Assembly: GCF_018977255.1 (NCBI RefSeq)
Contig: NW_024704742.1
Span: 14,200,001-14,264,000 of the forward strand
Length of the DNA: 64,000 nt
Reading direction: 5' to 3'
Origin: Callorhinchus milii
Lineage: Eukaryota
In this document: piece after piece, positions 12,302-23,635 of the stretch
How positions within the stretch are numbered: position 1 is the first letter of the stretch
Layout: every line of letters starts with the position of its first letter
Program-made: the position numbers and the translations under genes
Notes under the pieces: model-generated
What the model was told of the DNA's origin: nothing
What the model saw: the letters and a program-made list of their open reading frames with translations, nothing else
Database searches by the model: none

Positions 12302-14359
12302 CTTAAAGACGAGCACTTTAGAATGTGACTGAGTTAGCAAGTGTCGAAGCAGTGGAGTTGTGGGATGTTTGGAGCTTTCTGTGTGCAGCTGTTTCAGCAG
12401 TGAGTCTAGAGTGGCAGTTTCAGTTTGAAACATGGGGAGTTAAATTATTGAATGTAGGATTCAGACGCATTGGGTGCATTGCATTTCCTGTCTGTCTTGA
12501 AAACTGCTGTTGTTCACTTATCTCACCATCGGACAAAAGGAGAGATCTGAATCTCTCTCATGCAGTGCAACTTTGTCTCAGCAATGGATATCCTAGTCCC
12601 TTTGAATTATTCAGATTAAACACTTTAGTAAGTACCATTCAGACTTTTATCTTTGTTTGCTTTAATTTAACAGAATATACTTTGTGTGAAATATTCAAGA
12701 TGAGAGAGAAGACAGAAAGTAATGTTTTAACACTGCCATGCAATGACTTGTTTAATTTTTAATTTACAATCCTAAATACAGAACCAAGGGAGTGTGTAAA
12801 ACAACATGAAGCTATATCAATTGTGGATGATTTCAAAGATGAAAACCATGCTGGTCTTTCTATTTCACAGGTTGAATATTGCTATTGATTTTAAGTAGTA
12901 CAGATTAAAAGTTTATTCCTTAGGATTGGAAACTTTGCCTATTTTGCTCATTGAGAGGTTTGATTTAAAACATTATTAGCACCTCGCATATTTATTTTAC
13001 AAATATAGTTAGTAACAGTTCTACGAAAGAAATGGTTAATGCTCTTCAATGTTTGAGTATCCCATTGAGAAATTTTCAGAAGGCAGTCAATTAAGACTGT
13101 TTAGACAAGTAAACTTTTCTTTTTAATGTCTTTTCCACAAACTAACCATACTTTAAACAAGTGCTTGTTTTGTCATTTGTTGTAGCAGCTTCATTCAGTT
13201 CCTATCAATCGAGTGGGTTAAAATATTAAAATGACAGAGAAGCATGCAAATCTTTATAATCCTCTTTTGCATTCAAGCCTCCAAAAGATGATTTCAGGCA
13301 ATGCAAAAAGAATGTAAGATTAAAATCAGCCTGTTTAAATAATTTCTTTACTGGAGCAGAACCATTGTAATACTCTGCTTATTCAGGTTGCAGCTTAGTG
13401 GACATTTTTGAACATTCAGATGCAAATATTAATTTTAACTATTTGAAAGGTTACGTGGGGTAGAGAAATTCCCAGTTGTAATATAAGCATATAAACAGGT
13501 AACATTTTCAGTGACTATATCTACGAGGTTTGCATGTAAAATGTAGAATACTGTTGAAGAAAAAGAGGGACATCAGATCCAACAGCAAGGTATGGACTGG
13601 TTGTATCTTAAAACAGCTGCTTATTTGAGTTTGTTGAGTTTTGACGCAGCTTGAGCATTGCCTCACCGAGGAAAACACTCCAGCACATCTTTTATGGATG
13701 TTTTCAAAAATAAACGAAGGAGCACTGGCAAATGCAGGTCTTGAATTATCCCTCGCCCACATCAGGACTTGAGCTTTTAGTCCAGTCTGGTACCTGCTTT
13801 AGCACTGAAGGAGCGCTACATTCCACTGGCCAACAATCTAGTGCAACAATAGGGAATTGCTGTGAAATAATAATAATCCTTGCATTTGATATAGCACCTT
13901 ATCATGTCTTCGAGATGTCTCAAAGTATTTCACAGAATATACTGTAAAGTGTAGTGACTGTGTATTTTGTGGGCGAAATGACAATTATACGATTATCGTC
14001 ATCATCCCTGCTCAAGTTCTAACAAAGCAGACTTTGGAATGGTGTTAATTGTATGCAACCTGCTCTTTTAATATAAAACAGCAACAAAAGGAGTGATGAG
14101 CTTTCACCATTCCTAAGGAGCCCAGTGGAGAATGCCATATTGGGTGAAAGCCAAGCCTTACTATTTGAAAGTCAGGGTTTAAAGATAGCATTGACCTCAA
14201 ACAGAGTCCATAATCTCTGTATCTCAGCGCTTTGGGACGTCCTCCTGACGTGAAAGGAGCTCTATAAATGTAATTTTGTTGTATTTTTGTTATTGTTGTA
14301 TATTCTGCATATATGTTTTGTACCAAATACTATATTCAACATCCAATCAATGTAATCAA

Positions 14360-14660
14360 GTAACAACAATAACAACAACAAAATTACATTTGTATCACGC
14401 CTTTCACATCAGGAGGACATCCTAAGGTGCTGGACAGTCAGTGTTTCGGACCCGAGCTGTGGGTCGGGATCGGGGAGGGCAGATGGGGAAGGAGGGTGAT
14501 CGAAAGCACGGTTTAAGAGGAGGGTCTTTGGACATGTCTTGAATGAGGCAAGGGAGGGGACGAGGCGGAGGGTCTGTGGGATGGAGTTCCAGAGGGTGGG
14601 AGCGGAGTGGCTGAAGGCCACTGGTGGGGCGGGCGAGGCGGGGATGTGAAGCAGGCCGGA
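14360..14660 (-). mobile_element. L2 LINE 3' fragment
   Basis: AFSHSAPTLWNSIPQTLR...FKT peptide and a (CAA)n tail. Confidence 0.85.
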
Positions 14661-14786
14661 TCCCTGCTTTCTCTCCTTTCATTAAATAATCTTTCATATC
14701 TCTGCCTCCATACCTGACACAAGGTTACCTACAGCTTCTTACAGCAGGTTGTTGCGTTTATTGGGAAGGGGGAAAATTGTGTGTTA

Positions 14787-15111
14787 TAATAATAATAATA
14801 ATAATCCTTGCATTTGATATAGCGCTTTTCATGTCGGGAGGACGTCCCAAAGCGCTTCACAGAACACACTGTAAAGTGAATTGACTGTATATTTGTGGGC
14901 GAACGCGGCAGCCAATTGCGCACAGCAATGTCCCACAAACAGTCGTAGATTGAAAATGACCAATTTATTATTGTTTTGTTTTTTTGGAGGGATTATTATT
15001 AGGCGTGTGGAGTAAGGAAACTTGCCCAAGGTTTTGCCCTCTGCCTGGAATTGAACTCAGGTCTCTCGCTTGCAAAGCGAGTGCTCTAACCACTGAGCTA
15101 CAGGACTCCAC
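14787..15111 (-). mobile_element. Young tRNA-Ala-derived SINE, full length
   Basis: Reverse complement of the 26193-26509 copy, with a (TAA)n tail at the left end. Confidence 0.92.
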
Positions 15112-17401
15112 AAATCCACATGTTATTTTCATCCTGGTGATATCACGTGGAAATGGCATTGTAACATTTTCCAATGCCAGTCCTGTATGTCATCACAGAA
15201 TAAATAACATGATTGGGTAGAGTGTCAAACATGTATGGGTGTGAAGGATGCCTAGTCACATTTTTGAGGCAAAAGTCCCTTTTTTTTATAATAATAATCC
15301 TTGCATTTGATATAACCCCTTATCACGTCTCAGAGACGTCTCAAAGCGCTTCACAGAATATACTGTAAAGTGAATTGACTGTATATTTTGCGGGCAAAAC
15401 ACAGCAAAAATGTTTTAACACAGTGAGAATATTTGACTGCAATACCAATATGTTCAATAATAATTCTGTCTGAAGGTTTGAGTCGATCTTTAACTAAAAA
15501 CACCCACAGTTCAAAATGTTTGTTCTGGGCTTGAAGCACTCCCAAGGTGACAATAACAGTATGTACAACCCACAGTGACTGCAAGTGTTTAAAGGCATTC
15601 AGTGATATCTGTGACGCACTTTGAGTAGTCTTGATGACATAATACAACGCTATATCAAATGTAAGGATTATTCTTATTATCTCTGAATATTTGTACTTCA
15701 TGAGCATCAGCGTTCTGATGAAGGACACACACAAAAAAATTAATCTGTTCAACTTCAGAAGCAGCTGCGTTTTCTTGCTGAGGGAATGGATTTTTTTTTT
15801 AAAAATGGACTGAAAGAGTTAAAGTATGCACGGCCAATCCGCTCATTTTGCTCAAGTGGCGTATTCATAACAAAACAAATTGTGTTACTTAAATGTCTGT
15901 AGACGCCCAAGGTATTTGGTTCTAATTTGCCAATTTGCTGCAATATTTTCAAACCACAAGTTGCAATTAATATAATAATAATATTTACATTTCACATTGA
16001 GATGATGTCTCAATGCACTTCATAGGATTCAATGTAAAGTGCAGTAACTGTGCATTTTTGTAGTGAAATATAGCAGCCAGTTTGTGCACAGCAATGTCCC
16101 ACAAACACCTGTGAAGTAAATGATCAGTTATATCTGGGGAATTGTTGGCAGGACTCTGCGAGAAACTCTCTCTTTATTCGAACAGTGCCAAGCGATTGTT
16201 AATGTTCACCTGAATTAATGCACTGTGTGTATATTCTAAATAATCCCCATTTATCGTGGCATTTTTGTGCCTGATGTCAGTGTGACTAAAGTATCACAGA
16301 ATTCCACAATGAGTCTGCCCCTTCAAATCTGCCTATAATTTTTCAGTATTGCTCCATCTGTTGTCAGCAGTGGGTGTCGGTGTGGCATCTTTCCTCGTCC
16401 TCAACACTGAAATACTGAGTGAAGAAAAACACTCTAGGATCTACAATAAACCATGTTAAATGCAGCAGGGGGCTAGACTGTTTTTTTAAAAAAGTTGCTT
16501 ACAACTACAATAGATTTGCATAGCAAGAAAATCTGACTCTCTGCTAGAATGAAGGAAATGGGACAGACATGAGAGGAAGGTTGCATATCTGCATGCATCA
16601 GCTTTGCAAGCGAGTGGCATCACTATTGTTCCTGTAACCAGTATCAAAAGTGTACATTACAGAGTTGGCATTAGCTGGTGTTAAAACTGAGATCACAAAC
16701 AAACACCCTTCTGTCCCTAGAATCTGTCTATAGAGGCCTTATGGAGTGTTCGCTGCAGAGTAGTATCGAAGAATATTGCTGCTCGATAGCAAAATCCGCT
16801 CCAGTTCTTAATATGTATGTGTCTGTTAAAGCATTTCTTAAAGAGCTTCAGAATGGCTTTTCATACAACAATACTTTGTTTGAATTCTAAAGCAAAATTA
16901 GAGACAATAATAAATATTTCTTAACAAAATATTTTCTGAAGAAAATATAGATTGGATCAGTAGGAGGTTTGCTCATCCACAAATAATTAGACCTGCTTCA
17001 ATAACTAAATGGTTCAAACAGTCGCTTCCTGGATTTTATGAATATAATATAACATAACAGCATTGCACTTTCTATGCATTCAGCAAAATGATTCTTCAAT
17101 ACCATTTAATCTACTATTTAGAATTCTAAACTGTGGTCTTTATACATAATCCTCTAAAAAGGTTCCATGTATATACATGTACAAAGGCTGGTTATTTAAA
17201 GAAAATCAAATTAAGAATTGTGAAATATAGTCAGAGTGATCTCAGCACAGTATATTGATTCTAGTAAGAGTCACATTATATTATTTAAAAGGAGCTATAC
17301 TTGTGCATGCTATTTACTGAAGTTTGAGAACTCTTATCAATAGTATAAAAGGATTAAAACATATGTTTAAAGGCAACATTTTGTTAAAGCAAAGAGATGT
17401 A

Positions 17402-17768
17402 CTGGTCACTCAATCCATGACGGTTTGTGGGACACTGTTGTGTGCAATTGGTTGCTGCGTTTTGCCCACAAAATATACAGTCAATTCACTTTAAAGTATA
17501 TTCTGTGAAGCACTTTGAGATGTCTCGAAGATGTGATAAGGCACTATATCAAATGCAAGGATTATTGTTATGTAGTTATCAGCGAACTATAAATTCTTAA
17601 ATTCAATCCAAGGCTGTTTGTGGGAATTGCTGTGTGCATTTGGAATCCGTGTTTCGCTCACAAAATACATAGTCAATTCACTTTGCAGAATATTCTGTGA
17701 AGCTCTTTGGGACGTCTCAACAATATGATAAGACACTGTATCAAATGCAAGGATTATTATTATTATTA
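17402..17768 (+). mobile_element. Two tandem 5'-truncated SINE 3' halves (about 17402-17570 and 17605-17768)
   Basis: Each ends in ATCAAATGCAAGGATTATT. Similar tail fragments lie near 1641-1815, 3125-3240, 13868-13980, 15289-15410, 29893-30003, 37237-37442, 52910-53050 and 61485-61590. Confidence 0.8.
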
Positions 17769-18454
17769 TAAAAGCAATCCTATTTTGATTAACAGCAAAA
17801 TGGATATTTGCAAATCAGGTTAATATGGGCAAAGCTACTAAATCTTATTCTTCAGTTTTTTTAAAAAGAAATTGGCAGACGTTTCTATAGGTTGAAAGAG
17901 CAGCTCTGTCTCTGTCGTGGTTTACAAACAAACCTATTCTGAGAGGCCTTTGTCATGCTGTGGTCTATTTAACATTAGGAGCAGTTGCCCTCTAGTGCTG
18001 GGAAGGGAAAATGACCTACAATGTGCGTAGGATTAATCGTGTGCTTTAAAACTGATTGAAAGTTTAACTCAGCAGCTCTCACCAGAGCAAGTCACCCGTA
18101 ATAGCTGTGAGTACCTTAACCTTTTATTTCTTCGGGTGTCTTTCACAGATTATCATCCTATCCTTGCAGCATTCAGTTTTATTAGTGTTTTTTATCCCAT
18201 TGGCAATAGAAATTGGTGGACTCCAGCTGCAGAAACCCAGTATAATTTTATTGCAGTCTAATATCACTTTACAAAGTTGCTTGGATGTTCTTGCCTCGAT
18301 GCCAAGATTCAGCTGTCATACACTGAAATTGTAGGATGTCAGCAGAGTGGAGCTCTAAGTTATGAGAGAGAGTTGAGTGAACGCAGTCTCAACAGAGAAG
18401 CATCGCACCCTCCAAGCAATACAATCATCATATAGAAAAACAATTTACTTTCAA

Positions 18455-18830
18455 TGTCAGCTTGGCTCGCTTGGTAGCACTCTTGCAATGAATCAGAATG
18501 TTCTGGGTTCAAGCCCCCCATCAGGACTTAGAATTCATATTGTCTAAACTGACAATCCAATGCAGTGCTGGCGGTGTGTTGCAATGTTGGAGGTGCTTTC
18601 CTTAGGATAAGACATTAAAACGAGATCCCATCTACCTGTTCAGTTGGATGCTAAAGATTCCATGGCCCTATTCGAAAAGAGAAGGGAGTTTCTCCCAGTG
18701 TCCTGGCCAACAATCCCTCAAATAAAAGTTGTCACTCACTTCAAGTCACGACATTTTACAGAATATTCTGTGAAGTGGTTTGAGATGTCCTACTGGTGTG
18801 AAAGATGTTATACTAAATGTCAAGCTTTAA
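18455..18830 (+). mobile_element. Older Deu-domain SINE
   Basis: Same head and core (GACATTAAAACGAG...AAAGATTCCATGGC...GGGAGTTTCTCCCAGTGTCCTGGCCAAC). Confidence 0.78.
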
Positions 18831-18844
18831 CTTACTGTCATTCT

Positions 18845-19172
18845 GCGGAGTCCTGTAGCTCAGTGGTTAGAGCACTCGCTTTGCAAGTGAGAGACCTGAG
18901 TTCAATTCCAGGCAGAGGGCGAAACCTTGGGCAAGTTTCCTTACTCCACACGCCTAATAATAATCCCTCCAAAACCAATAATAAATTGGTCATTTTCAAT
19001 CTACGACTGTTTATGGGACATTGCTGTGCGCAATTAGCTGCGGCGTTCGCCCACAAAAATATGCAGTCAATTCACTTTACAGTGTGTCCTGTGAAGCACT
19101 TTGGGATGTCCTCCCAACGTGAAAAGCGCTATATCAAATGCAAGGATTGTTATTATTATTATAATTATTATT
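18845..19172 (+). mobile_element. Young tRNA-Ala-derived SINE, full length, directly after an older Deu-SINE
   Basis: Same head, body and tail as the other young copies. Confidence 0.92.
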
Positions 19173-19814
19173 CGGATCAATGTAGAATCTCTGAAGTGAT
19201 GATTCTATCTCTAATTGAGAGGTGCATTACATTAAAACATTGGGTGAAAATTGGGTTATGTGATTTGATCACATCACACAAAATGTCATGTCTGATGTGA
19301 CTCTCTCCCTCCTCCCACTTTGCCACAATTGTCAGGCCATGGACATTATTGGATTTGCAGGACACAGATAACAGCTTAACTCTTCATTGTTGAGACTTTG
19401 ACTTAAGGTTGTTCAGGTCAGCCAGGCTCTGTTAATAGCACTGTTGCCTTTGGGTCAGAAGGTTGTGCATTCAGCTCCATGTTGGGACTTGGGGTTCTGA
19501 TCTAAGTTTACACTCAGTGTAATATTGCAATGGTGGAGATGCTACCTTTCAGACGAGACTCAAATAACGAGGCCCCATTTGCTTATTCAGGTGGTAAGAT
19601 TCTATGATACTGTTGAAAAAGGGAAGGGGAGGTGCCATGGGAACCACTCTGGGACACTATCCTGCATAAGGGGGAGCGACATAAATGCAAGTTGTTGTTG
19701 TTATCCTGGTCAACATTTCTCCAGATAAATTGGTCACGCACCTCATGGTTGTTTCTGGGTCTTTGCTGCGTGCAAAACGACTGCCTACAATAACAGTCAC
19801 TATACTTGAGAGTA

Positions 19815-20390
19815 ATCAATGTGACCGAAACCCTCATCCACGCTTTCATCACTTCCCGGCTGGACTATTCCAATGCCCTCCTCGTTGGTCTCCCCAACTC
19901 CACCATACAAAAAATTCAATTAATCCAAAACTCCGCCGTCCAGATACTCACCTGCACCAAACTCCATACCCCCATCATACAAGTCCTTGCCAGATTCCAC
20001 TCGTTCCCAATTACCGAATGGACCGACTTCAAGATCTTCTCGTGCCTTTTCAAATCTCTTCATGCCCTTGCACTTCCCTACATATCTGATCTGCTTAGCC
20101 CCCCCCACTCCACCGCCTGCTGCCTCTGTCGGCCCCCTCCGCTCCACCATCAGTGGCTGTGCCTTCAGCCACTACACCCCAAAACTCTGGAACTCCCTCC
20201 CTCAATCCCTCTGCCTTGCCCCTTCCCTCCCCACCTTCAAATCCACCTAAAGACCTCCCTTTTTGATTGTGCTTACTGTCGCCTCCCCCTTCCCTCTCCC
20301 CCTGGCTCAGAGATAGACTCCATCATGCTCTGGGACTCTACCCCATGTAAAGGGTGCTGTATAAATGAAAGATGTTGTTGCAATTGTTGT
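19815..20390 (+). mobile_element. L2 LINE 3' fragment nested in SINE remnants
   Basis: [23 protein letters not shown]...IQNSA...DFKI and [14 protein letters not shown]. Confidence 0.9.
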
Positions 20391-20391
20391 A

Positions 20392-20645
20392 AATTCCCGG
20401 CAGGGCGAAACCTTGGGCAAGTTTCCTTACTCCACATGCCTGATAATAATCCCTCAAGAAAAAAACAATAATAATTTGGTCACTTCAATCCACGACTGTT
20501 TGTGGGACACTGCTGTGCGCATTTGGCTGCCGCATTTCGCCCACAGATATACAGTCAATTCACTTTGCAGTCTATTCTGTGAAGCGCTTTGAGACGTCGA
20601 GAAGACATGAAAAGCGCAATATCAAATGCAAGGATTATTATTATT
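20392..20645 (+). mobile_element. 5'-truncated tRNA-Ala-type SINE
   Basis: Starts at AATTCCCGGCAGGGCGAAACC and runs to the (ATT)n tail. Confidence 0.88.
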
Positions 20646-21649
20646 AAAGAGCTTTGAAATGTTTTGATGCAATAAAATGCTGTAAAAATGCAAGTGCTTT
20701 CTTTTTCTATTTCCTATTAGTTGAATGTTGACTCTAGGTCTGTGTTCTTAATGACTGCTGACTGGATTGGGGTGACCTAATGTTTTATTATATAGGTTAT
20801 GTAGCTTCCCAACAGTCACAAAAACTCTAATCATGACCTGTCCCTCTTTTAATGCTGTGCCATTGTCCCTCGTCTTGCATTTATAATAAGCTCTATTGAA
20901 TTTGGTGCACGATGCTAGAAATGATAGGAACCAGCAGGTAGCTGTTAAATCATTTCTATGACGCTGGTTGCCAAGAAAATTATTGAACTTAATTGCCCAA
21001 ATCAATTGGATACTATTTTTCAATTTTTGTGGGCTAACATTTGTGAAGCTGTCACTGCTCAGTATGCTGCATTATAATGTGAGTAGGCGGTAAAGCTGTT
21101 GATTTCTACCAAAATGACTTGTTTATTGCAAACTCTGAAGGGAAGGGGGGTAGGGGAATTAAACAAGGAATGTGTGTGTGAGTCTCTTACTATGATGTAG
21201 TGACTTTGGGTTTTGTGCAAACCTGAACTATGGGACATTTTAAAAAGCCTCAAACTGATGCTTCTCTGCCATGTACTTCGATAAGAGATCAACAGCAGTG
21301 TGGTTGCTTTTGATTGAGCTCTTGCTTTTATTTTCAATGCACAAATGAAAAGAAAGCCAAAATGCAAACGCAAATGATGTATTGTGTGACCAAGGATTTT
21401 TGCTGCATGTCCAGGTAATATTTTCCATAGAAAAATGGCAGAAACTGTAGGTCACTGGCTTTTTTTCCATTACATTATTGGAAGCTAAAGCTTTCTGTAA
21501 ATGCTTTCAAAGCAACAGTTTCAAAATGTCACCGTGAAATACAATACGGGTGACACTGGGAATAATACCTGCGAGCTTTGTTACCATGGCTCTATTTACA
21601 CGGATTCCATAACATGAAAGAAAGTGAATTCAATAAATTGCTTAATGAC

Positions 21650-21945
21650 AATAATAATAATAATAATCCTTGCATTTGATATAGGGCCTTATCAAGTCTC
21701 CAAATCGTCTCACAGCACTTCATAGAATATACTGTAAAGTGAATTGACAGTATATTTTTGTGGGCGAAATGAGGCAGCCATTTGGCACAGCAATTTGGTC
21801 AGGGTGAGGGACTACATTTTTTTAAGCGTTTATTACCCAAGAAAAGCGATCCGGCAATCGATGAATACCTGGGCTCCTACTTACTGCTAGGTAAGCAGAG
21901 GTCTGTGGAGTAAGCAAACTTGCCCTACATTTCGCCCTGCCCTGC
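21650..21945 (-). mobile_element. Second copy of the longer SINE variant (head missing)
   Basis: Reverse complement gives CCTCTGCTTACCTAGCAGTAAGTAGG...GATCGCTTTTCTTGGG, followed by the standard tail. Confidence 0.8.
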
Positions 21946-22316
21946 AATTTTCTAATGGAATGACAGAACCTTTATCATTAAAGTTCATATACGTGTAAAG
22001 AGGTGAGAGCTTGTTAGCCAGAAAATCTGGAACCTGGAAGCAAATCTCAGGAATGGAAAGGGAAATTCTACAGTTATGGAATAGGGCCAATTTCTTCTTA
22101 AGTTTGTTTTGCAAACATTATGGTTTAAATTGAATGTTCCCCAGAAAACAGAAGGCATTATTTATGTTCAAATTAAAATAAACTGTACACTTTAGAGAGA
22201 GTAAACTTATTTCAATTGTTTTTTGATGGCTTTATAATTGTCCTGTGTAGGAAAAAGTTGAAAGCTGGCACTTTAAGTCATTTTTTTCTAACTATATTCT
22301 TGTGCTTTTCCTGCAG

Positions 22317-22654
22317 ATTAAGCTGGAGCCTTCTGGGCAAGCATTTGTGTCAGTGACAGAAGCTCTTTCAACCAGGTTTTTGTGCTAGTTACAGCAATGA
22401 TGGAACAACGCTCTAACCCGGGCGAAAATGATCAATGATTTTCTATGTAATCGGCTACTGAAACCCATTGGAGAGTTGGGCTGACTGATCCACACTGTCA
22501 GTTTGGATGAATAACGCCAGTAATTGTTTTGCAATGGTTACATGAACTGTGGAGGTGCACTGGCAGAAGTCATTTGTGCTCTGTTTGTTGTGGAATTCCA
22601 GACGAAGAAAAAAAGATTTATTTTTAAGAAAAAACGCTGGTGACAAAATAAAAC
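22317..22654 (+). other. 5'-UTR portion of the first coding exon (acceptor at 22316/22317)
   Basis: Pyrimidine tract and acceptor ttcttgtgcttttcctgcag|ATTAAG. NDST genes have non-coding upstream exon(s) and a large exon carrying both UTR and start codon. Confidence 0.7.
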
Positions 22655-23635
22655 ATGAATTTTGTCATGAAGTTTCGCAGGCATTTGCGTAGGATGGTGA
22701 TATTACTGGCTGCGTTTTGCATGGTGAGTGTGCTCATATCAGCTTACTATCTGTATACTGGCTACAAGCAAGAGCTTGAACTTTCCAAGCCAACTGCAGA
22801 ACAAGAATGTGGAGACACCAAACTTTCACCCTACCGATTATTTGAGATGAAGACGGCAAAACCTATTGACACGTCCAGAGCAGAACCCATGGTCCTCGTA
22901 TTTGTTGAGAGTCAATACTCCCAACTCGGGCAGGAGATAGTGGCTGTTTTAGAGTCAAGCCATTTCAAACATCACTCTGAGATTGCTCCAGGCAAAGGTG
23001 ACATGCCAGCCCTTACAGATAAAGATAGAGGGAGATACACCCTCATTATATACGAAAATATTTTAAAGTATGTGAATATGGATTCCTGGAACAGAGCACT
23101 CCTGGATAAATACTGTGTGGAGTACAATGTCGGCATCATAGGATTTCACAAAGCTAATGAGAACAGTTTGCTGAGTGCACAGTTAAAAGGTTTCCCATTG
23201 AATCTGCACACCAACCTGGTCCTCAAGGACTGCTGCATTAACCCTCGCTCCCCATTGCTGCAGATCACCAAAGCTAAAGAGATTGAGAGAGGCACTCTGC
23301 CCGGAGACGACTGGACCGTTTTCCAGTCCAACCATTCCACCTATGAACCTGTGTTGCTGGCCAAAACCAGGTCAGCCGAAAACATCCCCCATCTGATCTC
23401 TGATGAAGTTCTGCACGCTACCGTTGTCCAGGATCTGGGCTTACATGATGGCATCCAGCGAGTCCTCTTTGGAAACAACCTGAACTTTTGGCTGCACAAA
23501 CTTATTTTTGTCGACGCGATTTCTTTCCTGTCGGGGAAGAAGCTGTCGCTTTCCCTGGAGAGGTACATTCTCGTGGATGTGGACGACATTTTCGTTGGGA
23601 AGGGAGGAACGAGGATGAACGTCAATGATGTGAAG
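22655..23635 (+). CDS. NDST3: First coding exon (327 codons) of a heparan sulfate GlcNAc N-deacetylase/N-sulfotransferase, NDST3/NDST4 subgroup
   Basis: Translation [34 protein letters not shown]... (type II membrane anchor), [61 protein letters not shown]. The exon ends AAG|gtaagg at 23635/23636, phase 0. The short N-terminus fits NDST3/4 and not NDST1/2. NDST3 versus NDST4 cannot be settled by eye. Confidence 0.95.

Noticed and set aside
11475..12762. 149-aa (-) and 145-aa (+) ORFs
   Set aside because: No recognisable domain, non-ATG starts and no supporting splice structure; consistent with chance.
18644..19300. 218-aa ORF
   Set aside because: It spans two adjacent SINEs. The same peptides ([29 protein letters not shown]) recur at every SINE copy and are not a gene family.
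19806..20471. 221-aa ORF
   Set aside because: A frameshifted L2 RT C-terminal fragment fused to SINE sequence, with no intact RT core.
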